From Candidatus Thorarchaeota archaeon (GTDB lineage: Archaea; Asgardarchaeota; Heimdallarchaeia; Hodarchaeales; Hodarchaeaceae), in NCBI GenBank assembly GCA_048882505.1, contig JBHLRO010000006.1:25485-89484 (forward strand): DNA of 64,000 nt, written 5' to 3'. The notes below the pieces were generated by a model. It saw only the letters and a program-made list of their open reading frames with translations. It did no database searches and was not told the DNA's origin. Shown in pieces: positions 29,364 to 36,524 of this stretch; positions within the stretch are counted from its first letter, which is position 1; every line of letters begins with the position of its first letter. A program made the position numbers and the translations under genes.

Positions 29364-30263
29364 CTAGCGTAAATTAGAGGAGGTAGTTGATAGAATTTTG
29401 ACAAAATTATCCCAGTTCAGATTCTCAGAGAACTGGTTTCCGTGCTTATAGTCTGTTGCCATCTTTTCAAATTCCTCCTTTATTCTGAGGGACGCGAGAT
29501 AGTTAATTTTCTGAGCTAGAAGGACGATCATAAATTGGCGTTTGCCCCCTCTAACTTCTGGATCTTCAATCGTATCAAAGTAAATATAGCCGTCTCGGTC
29601 GATGTTTGCGATTCGTAATAAAACCCCTTGTGGCTCATAATAATCCAGCTGGCCGTAGACTGAGACCGCGGTTTGAAACAGCTGGGTGCCAAGCTGGCGT
29701 AAGTCAAACTTAGTGTTGGAATCTGATGGAAAGATATCTCTTACTTTGGGACCATAAGCTTCATCCCATATCACATTAAAGAGTATAACTTCTCCTCTTT
29801 CACTTGGGGTCATTGAAGAACCGAGCTCATTTCGCAAGGATGTAAGCAGGTTTTTTTCGATTTGTTTACCCAGTTCTTTGTTTTTTATACTCCGCTGGAT
29901 CTTTCCGGCAATTGATGATAACAAATCCTTGTCGTTGAAGGGTTTGGTGATATAATCATCTACTCCAAGTATTTTGCCAAAACGTACATCCTCAGGAGAT
30001 GCTTTCGCTGTAAGAAAGATAAAAGGGATAAAACTCCACGCCGGGTTATCAGAAACACGGCTGAAAAATTCGTATCCGTCCATTTCCGGCATCATGATGT
30101 CACAGAGGAAGAGGTCTGGGGGTTCATCGAGTTCAGATAACATGTTGAAGGCTTCGATGCCATTTTTTGCGCCTATCGGCCTGTATCCATTGAATTCCAA
30201 CAATAATTCCAGGTTGTAGAGGATTTTAGCATTATCTTCAATGATAAATATTGTAGGTTTCAT
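29364..30263 (-). CDS. response regulator: receiver domain fused to C-terminal roadblock/longin-like alpha/beta domain
   Basis: 299 aa. The N-terminal REC is MKPTIFIIEDNAKILYNLELLLEFNGYRPIG...LFLCDIMMPEMDGYEFF...YITKPFN, with high identity to the 26450 receiver. The C-terminal ~150 aa show a beta-alpha-beta-beta-alpha pattern (EVILFNVIWDEAYGPKV / LRQLGTQLFQTAVSVYGQL / GVLLRIANIDRDGYIYFDTI / RQFMIVLLAQK / INYLASLRIKEEFEKM). It lies 52 nt downstream of the hybrid HK on the same strand. Confidence 0.75.
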   Translation of the reverse strand: MKPTIFIIEDNAKILYNLELLLEFNGYRPIGAKNGIEAFNMLSELDEPPDLFLCDIMMPEMDGYEFFSRVSDNPAWSFIPFIFLTAKASPEDVRFGKILGVDDYITKPFNDKDLLSSIAGKIQRSIKNKELGKQIEKNLLTSLRNELGSSMTPSERGEVILFNVIWDEAYGPKVRDIFPSDSNTKFDLRQLGTQLFQTAVSVYGQLDYYEPQGVLLRIANIDRDGYIYFDTIEDPEVRGGKRQFMIVLLAQKINYLASLRIKEEFEKMATDYKHGNQFSENLNWDNFVKILSTTSSNLR

Positions 30264-30315
30264 TTAATTACCCTGAATTGTCTCTAGATCACAGTTAAGT
30301 CGAGTTTTTCTTCCC

Positions 30316-32394
30316 CTAATTGACCAATACGGGGAGAAAAACTGAAAAAGTTGATCCTTTGCCTAATTCGCTGTCCACGAAGACTTCCCCGTTTTGAATT
30401 GCTGCTAATTCCTTTGCGATCGATAATCCCAGCCCGGTTCCAGGCACATCCTTCACATTGCTTGCTCTGAAAAAGCGATCAAATATATAGGGCATGTCCC
30501 TTTCACTTATGCCGATTCCAGCATCATTAACTTGAATTAATAGACCATCAAGTTTTTTCGGGTTGTATTTCCCCTGATAATCAGTTATAGCCCCAATCGT
30601 AACAGTCGTTCTTTCAGCAGAGTATTTAATGGCATTATCCATTAGGATGCGTAACATTTGGCCAAGTCTTTTCGAATCTCCCACTATTTCAACTGCAGGA
30701 GGTATATTGGTGCTAATTGTGATATTCTTTACCAGTCGTGCGGGCTCTAATTGGATTAATACTTCGCTTATAATGTCCCAAAGCGCATATGTGCTTACAT
30801 CCAGCTTCAATTCACCGCTCTCTATTCTGGATACGATCAAAAGATCTTCTATCATTTGATTCAGAACAGTAGAACTCTCTGCAACCATATCAACAATACT
30901 ATCAATCTGTGCCGCTGATAACTGGTCGCGGTAGTTCTGTAAATTCCTAATTGAGAGGTCAATCGCGGTAATTGGAGTTCTGAGTTCATGAGACACCATT
31001 GAGATAAATTGCTCTCTGAGTCGATCCAGTTCCACCAGAGAAGTCACATCGCGGACTGTGATTACAATGCCAATAGGAGGGTTTGGTGGATTTAATACCA
31101 TAGAGGAGGTAAGCTGAAGGAAAAGCCCTGGGTGAGGCTCGATGGTTTTGTATTCCTTCTTTTGAGAAAAAAATGCCTTGGCAATCGCCTCGCCAAATGG
31201 ATGTCCGATACTGGGGATATCGCGGAGGAGTGGAGGTAACTCCTTGTTATAAATCCTCTTGTAGAATTTCTTGAATATTTCATTAACATAATAAACTCGG
31301 CCTTCAGTGTTAAAAACAACGACCCCATCAGGGATGGTTTCCACAATCCTCTCAATTCGCTGTTTTTCTTCCGTTAAGTTTTGTGTGGCTATTTCGACTT
31401 TTCGTGCCAAGGAATCTTTGGTTCGTTTTAACGCTTCTTCAGCCATCTTCCGCTTGGTGATGTCTTCAAAACTGCCTTCATAGTATAATACCGACCCCTG
31501 TTCATCTTTTATTGCTTTCGCATTCTCCCGGATAAAGACCGTGGAGCCATCCAGTCTCTTAAGCTTCTGTTCAAACCCTCTAATCTCGTCTGCTCTCTCG
31601 ATCAATTCCCGAAAATCTTGTCTCGGATAGTCCATCTTGGTCGATAACTCATTCATATTAATGGCACGCATTTCTTCCAATGAGGAAAACCCCATCATTC
31701 GTATGAATTCGGCATTTGCTGCAAGTAGCTTTCCGCCTGGTGTCATTCGATAAAGTCCGATGGGCATACCTTCAAATAACGTGCGATACCTTTTTTCGCT
31801 TTGTTTAAGCGCTTCCTCCATTGATTGACGCTCAATGAGTTGATCTCGGAGTTTATTAACTAATTGCCTTCTTTCTTTCTCCAGATGCAGCCTCTCAAGG
31901 GTATCCCGGATCTTAATTAGCACATCCTGGACATCAAAGGGTTTAACTATGTAAGCTGATGCCCCCATGTTTAGGGCACCGATTGCTGATTCCTGTGACG
32001 CATATCCCGTTATGATCATCATCACAAGATCTGGTTGCAATTCCTTCATCACTTTTAACAAGCGAATGCCATCAAGATCAGGTAATCTAATGTCTAAAAG
32101 GGCAATATCGTATATTCTTTCTTTCAGCTTATCCATAGCATCTTTCCCAGTATATGCGGAATTCGCAATATATCCGGCTTTCTTAAAAATTAGTTTTAGT
32201 AAACTACATGTATTATCATCATCATCATCTACGATCAGAATTCTCCCTGTGATCTTATTGTAAGTACGTTGAATAGTTCGGGCAGATTCATCTAGAATGG
32301 ATTTGTCAAGTTCTTTAAGGTTTTCTGCGTTATTTAGAAGTAATGAGAAATCCTTTGGCGAATTCGTGTTTTGATGTTCCCTGTTATTTTCCAT
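30316..32394 (-). CDS. cytoplasmic hybrid sensor histidine kinase (REC + 2xPAS + HisKA + HATPase_c)
   Basis: 692 aa. REC: GRILIVDDDDDN...DIALLDIRLPDLDG...IVKPFD. PAS: KRYRTLFEGMPIGLYRMTPGGKLLAAN and QRIERIVETIPDGVVVFNTEGRVYYVN. H-box: VSHELRTPITAI. N-box: DNAIKYS. G1: NDAGIGIS. G2: GTGLGLSIAKEL. Confidence 0.9.
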   Translation of the reverse strand: MENNREHQNTNSPKDFSLLLNNAENLKELDKSILDESARTIQRTYNKITGRILIVDDDDDNTCSLLKLIFKKAGYIANSAYTGKDAMDKLKERIYDIALLDIRLPDLDGIRLLKVMKELQPDLVMMIITGYASQESAIGALNMGASAYIVKPFDVQDVLIKIRDTLERLHLEKERRQLVNKLRDQLIERQSMEEALKQSEKRYRTLFEGMPIGLYRMTPGGKLLAANAEFIRMMGFSSLEEMRAINMNELSTKMDYPRQDFRELIERADEIRGFEQKLKRLDGSTVFIRENAKAIKDEQGSVLYYEGSFEDITKRKMAEEALKRTKDSLARKVEIATQNLTEEKQRIERIVETIPDGVVVFNTEGRVYYVNEIFKKFYKRIYNKELPPLLRDIPSIGHPFGEAIAKAFFSQKKEYKTIEPHPGLFLQLTSSMVLNPPNPPIGIVITVRDVTSLVELDRLREQFISMVSHELRTPITAIDLSIRNLQNYRDQLSAAQIDSIVDMVAESSTVLNQMIEDLLIVSRIESGELKLDVSTYALWDIISEVLIQLEPARLVKNITISTNIPPAVEIVGDSKRLGQMLRILMDNAIKYSAERTTVTIGAITDYQGKYNPKKLDGLLIQVNDAGIGISERDMPYIFDRFFRASNVKDVPGTGLGLSIAKELAAIQNGEVFVDSELGKGSTFSVFLPVLVN

Positions 32395-32411
32395 ATAGTT
32401 TCCTTCTTAGG

Positions 32412-32813
32412 TCAACCGTAGTGTTCTATTCCTTCAGCTTTCACCGTTTGCCAAAGTTCCCTAAAGAACTTAGAATCACTTGCGCAGTATAGACGGTATA
32501 TTTTTCCGTCATCAAAGGATTTAAGGAAAAACGAGTGGCCCGACGTGATTCGCAAAAATCGTAGCCAGAACTGATGTAGAATCTTCTGAATGGGATTTGT
32601 TTGCCCATGAAATCCAATTGAGAATCTCGAGGTATTTCGTGGAACAAGAATTAAGCCATTAGATTCAATTTTAAAAGATTCAAACAAGTATAATGAGAAA
32701 AGGATAAGAATTAGGGGTATCCGTTGGCGATAAATTGTTCTTTCATTTCTATTAACTACCATGGCAACTTTGCTCCAGAAGTAGTTGTTACGGAAAAAAA
32801 TGGAGAAATGCAT
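32412..32813 (-). CDS. hypothetical small protein (weak)
   Basis: 133-aa ORF in an ~840-bp region that has no strong gene. It overlaps a + strand ORF (32724-33029). Neither has recognisable motifs. Confidence 0.2.
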   Translation of the reverse strand: MHFSIFFRNNYFWSKVAMVVNRNERTIYRQRIPLILILFSLYLFESFKIESNGLILVPRNTSRFSIGFHGQTNPIQKILHQFWLRFLRITSGHSFFLKSFDDGKIYRLYCASDSKFFRELWQTVKAEGIEHYG

Positions 32814-33238
32814 GCTTTGACTTTAAACATGCATCATCTTCACTTTGGAGGTGGGGGGGAAATTGGATCAGCTATTCCAAGAGTTACTGCCAGTAAGAGT
32901 AACGTGAACCATAAGGCTGTTACCAAGAGCTTAACGAGGAACGTACTGGATAGCACTGATGGTGTTCGAATATTGGTCCTTAGTTGCATAATCTACGGCA
33001 CCAAGGAATATCTCCCGATTATCCCCTAATTAGTGGGGCATCAACATTTTCATGTATTTTTTTCCCAATAGGTATCATTATCCTCTTCTGATGCCTATAT
33101 TTGCGAACTAGTGTATTCCCTCAAGGATCGTTAGAAGATATAGTCGCTAGTTTGAGACTGAATGGTTATTTAAATGAAGTATCGATAATAGTACCTAGCC
33201 AGCAATAATGGCTTAATATTTGCTAATTTTGAGTAAGA

Positions 33239-34684
33239 ATGATACATAGCAATTCCCAACAATCACCCGCAGTTCAACAAGTAGAACTATCGTTTATTAG
33301 TGATTTCACTAAATATTGGGACAAAATTAGGGATTTCTGTTCTGTTGAAAGGAGTACAGTTCGTTCTGTGTGTGCTAAACTATTTGAGGATTGGACAAAA
33401 CCTTTTTTCGAGAGGTGGTCAACAACAGAACTAATCAAACCTTACTTGGTTTGGCGAAGTAATTATGCTTCCCGATTTTCTTCCTTCGGTCTTCTGTATA
33501 ATGGGAAAATGCTGCTTATACCTCACAAACTCGTTTCTAATATTCTGGACTCCCAGGTCAGGGAGCATGTGTACTTTAGGGAGTTTACAGACATTAAAAC
33601 CTTCTTCTATTACCTATGGCAAGTAACTCAGGTTCAACAGAATTTTCCTCTAAATGCAAGTGATCTGAAACTTATCAGTTTTTATACGAGTTCGGGTTTT
33701 ATGAGAACTTCTGCGCGATTCCCCTCGCAAGAACTATTAGCCGACGTGCTTTCTTGTAACCCAAGAACCATTTCTACACGAAGTACGCGGTTGTACAACC
33801 ACTACATCCTAACACATACATATTTAATCGATGTTGCCAAACTGGGTTATCAAACCATGGCATTTCTCTCACAAGATCCTTCAGATATACACGGTTCTCT
33901 TACGAAATATTGCCTTGGAACCCTTCCGATTGACTTAGGATTAACTCGGGGAAATCTAAAGATTTTTCAAATTCCGTATTGGAAACATGATGTTTTTAAC
34001 GCCGTTACTGATAGTTTAGGCCCTGTTGCGGGATATAATTTAACCCAATTATCCATCAGTTGGAACCTCAGCCAGTTATCGACAAACCCAGACTCAAGAT
34101 GGTTAAACGAACCACCAGTTCTCGTTGGAATCGCCTGGGATGATACAGACATCATTCTGGAGGATATTGGGGTCGATCTTAATTTGGTTCCAGATATCCA
34201 ACAGAGTCCAGGAATCTCGAAATCACAAGCCAAACTATTGTCCTTTTACTATTCCCACGGCACAGTTCAAGATAAACAACTATCAGAATTCCTTGAATTA
34301 GACCCTCATAGTGTTTTTCGCCTTTGGCAAGACATTTTGGATAGAAACGTGGCGTACCCGTATACACACGTCAGCAATATAGGTTTAGATTTGTCTCTGT
34401 GGGTGATGCTTCTCGGAAAAACGAAGCAAGACAATTCGGATCTCGTTTCAAAAGTCGTTGCTCACCTTCGCTATTTCCCATATGCACGGACATTCTATTC
34501 CTCAGGGAATTCGAACGAGGGTACGTTTTTGGTTGCAGAGATTAGAATTCCGTCACTTTGGTATAAGGATTTTGCTACGCATTGGGACAACCTTACTAAT
34601 TACGAATTAATCCCCAAAGTGGGCGTATTAACACCCGAATTTCACTTGAAACGAAATATAAATGTTTTAGACACTCTTTTTTAG
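33239..34684 (+). CDS. hypothetical protein with two HTH-like modules
   Basis: 481 aa, soluble. Contains a repeated module: LKLISFYTSSGFMRTSARFPSQELLADVLSCNPRTISTRSTRL and AKLLSFYYSHGTVQDKQLSEFLELDPHSVFRLWQDILDRNV (LSFYxS...helix-turn-helix-like). Confidence 0.45.
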   Translation: MIHSNSQQSPAVQQVELSFISDFTKYWDKIRDFCSVERSTVRSVCAKLFEDWTKPFFERWSTTELIKPYLVWRSNYASRFSSFGLLYNGKMLLIPHKLVSNILDSQVREHVYFREFTDIKTFFYYLWQVTQVQQNFPLNASDLKLISFYTSSGFMRTSARFPSQELLADVLSCNPRTISTRSTRLYNHYILTHTYLIDVAKLGYQTMAFLSQDPSDIHGSLTKYCLGTLPIDLGLTRGNLKIFQIPYWKHDVFNAVTDSLGPVAGYNLTQLSISWNLSQLSTNPDSRWLNEPPVLVGIAWDDTDIILEDIGVDLNLVPDIQQSPGISKSQAKLLSFYYSHGTVQDKQLSEFLELDPHSVFRLWQDILDRNVAYPYTHVSNIGLDLSLWVMLLGKTKQDNSDLVSKVVAHLRYFPYARTFYSSGNSNEGTFLVAEIRIPSLWYKDFATHWDNLTNYELIPKVGVLTPEFHLKRNINVLDTLF

Positions 34685-34861
34685 CCATTCATTTTAAATT
34701 AGATTTCCGAAATTTCCTAAAAGGTCATCGCGAACTTTTCGGAACCGCTTCTTGATAAGGCTGAGGCGGTAATCTTTGTCGGATTAAAGGCAAAACCATC
34801 GTATGGTGGTTTTGATCGGAGGTGACAAGGAACGTGATGGATCCTTGGCCGTTCGATTGGG

Positions 34862-36046
34862 TCATAATGCCGAATACACGGGGACAACTGGGAACGTTTC
34901 GCGAACTATTCGATTTAAGGTTTCTGACTCTTCAGTAGAGGAATCCATCTCTGGAAAAGTTTTATATAATGACGCAATACGATTGGTTAAGATATCTAGC
35001 GAGTTTTTAAGAGCTTTAGAAGTGGTAGAAGTGACTATAATATAGCTAAGATTCTGTTGACGGTTTATTAAAAGGACTGAATCCTCCAGATGTAGTTCAT
35101 GAAGACCTGAGGCAAGAGCGTCAACTACTGCTTTCATTCCTGGAAAAAAGGCATCTCGATTGTGATGGGGAACTGTGATCCAACTGTACGAAAAGAGTGG
35201 TTCCGTAGTGTCCGTGCGGATAATTACGAGTCGTGAGGAGTGAATGGGTAATACAAACAATAGTTTGGGTTCTGAGACAAAGGCAATCATGAAGAGAAAA
35301 GATCCAAACAAATGGGCTATTTCTATAAGTCCAATGTCTTGACCTACCAGTTGGGTAAACAGCATAATGAGAGCAAGAAGATACACAAACGCTCCTATCA
35401 ATGCAATACTAGCCTTGTTCCTTATATCATCCGGTGCATTCAGGTAGAGAGTCCCCGTGTACAGAAGCAAGAGAAGGATTCGAAACCCCCAGAAGGAGAG
35501 CTGGATGTAATTTAGAAACACTGACACCGTCCTGGCCTCCACACCAGGAAGTAATGCGAAGACCACCATTCCAGTCGAGAGGATCGCGTATACGATTAGC
35601 TTAATGGGATCTAAGGATGGCCGATGCGCGGAATCGACAAAGATAACCAAGAATATGGTAAATCCAGTCAAAATGAAAAATCCCGCAAAACCAAGAACAT
35701 CTGCGAGGGTCATGGATAATACTTCCCCCTTACTCGTTACTTTATACAGAGGAATCCCAATATCGGTCATTAGAACATTTATTGATAGGCTATTGGGATC
35801 AAAACCAAGTAAAAGAATTTGTAATCCAAGTAACATAAACCAGGCAAACAAACCAGCAAAATCCAAGGAAAGCCACAAGAATTGCCTGTATTGCGTATCT
35901 ATCCATCTTCTAAATCCAAAAACAAGGATTATGGAGATTATAAAGGCATGAAACAATGATATCAAGGAAATAAAGAGGAAATCTGCCATTACTTTCAAGT
36001 CCTCTGGCATAGTAAGGATAGATTGCCCTTCCTTGCCCCCCTCCAC
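34862..36046 (-). CDS. polytopic membrane protein with C-terminal cytoplasmic roadblock/LC7-like domain
   Basis: 394 aa with about 8 TM helices in residues 20-290. The C-terminal ~100 aa show the pattern RLVIIRTDTTEPLFSY / FPGMKAVVDALASGL / SVLLINRQQNLSYIIV / KALKNSLDILTNRIASLY, matching roadblock beta-alpha-beta-beta-alpha topology. Confidence 0.5.
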   Translation of the reverse strand: MEGGKEGQSILTMPEDLKVMADFLFISLISLFHAFIISIILVFGFRRWIDTQYRQFLWLSLDFAGLFAWFMLLGLQILLLGFDPNSLSINVLMTDIGIPLYKVTSKGEVLSMTLADVLGFAGFFILTGFTIFLVIFVDSAHRPSLDPIKLIVYAILSTGMVVFALLPGVEARTVSVFLNYIQLSFWGFRILLLLLYTGTLYLNAPDDIRNKASIALIGAFVYLLALIMLFTQLVGQDIGLIEIAHLFGSFLFMIAFVSEPKLLFVLPIHSSRLVIIRTDTTEPLFSYSWITVPHHNRDAFFPGMKAVVDALASGLHELHLEDSVLLINRQQNLSYIIVTSTTSKALKNSLDILTNRIASLYKTFPEMDSSTEESETLNRIVRETFPVVPVYSAL

Positions 36047-36524
36047 GATTTTCTTGTCGCCTTAAAGTAGGACTTTTCGAGATTCGAATTTTTTGTTACC
36101 GATAGCTTTCGAATTCTTAGCGAGAGAAAACGTTTAACGAAACCACGCCCAAATTTGCATGAAAATCAAAGGGATATCCTTCAATCAGACGAGTATGGGT
36201 CTCGAGAACGACATCTGTGAAGGACTTGAGGAAGTTCCAAGGCGCTGGCTGTCCTTAGGGAGCCCAGCTGATCATTCCCTTAACCAGATTAAGGACCAAA
36301 CCATCATAGGATTGTCATAATTGGCAGCAGTGGGGATAATAGGAAGGTGTTACCACCTGTTGAATTTTCTGGCTCCTCTCAGGATTAGAATCTCACCAGA
36401 AAATTCAAATCTATTATCCGCTGGCAAAAAGAAAAGCAGATAGGAATGCGATGATGAGGAAGGTTTCGAGCTGAGAGCACCTGGAGTCCAGAAAATAACC
36501 GGAGGATGGTTAATCCTTCTCTTT

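Noticed and set aside
32724-33029. 101-aa + strand ORF overlapping the 32412-32813 minus ORF
   Set aside because: The two ORFs overlap on opposite strands, and neither has motifs. The ~840-bp region is probably non-coding, or it holds one weak gene at most. Only the minus ORF is kept, at low confidence.
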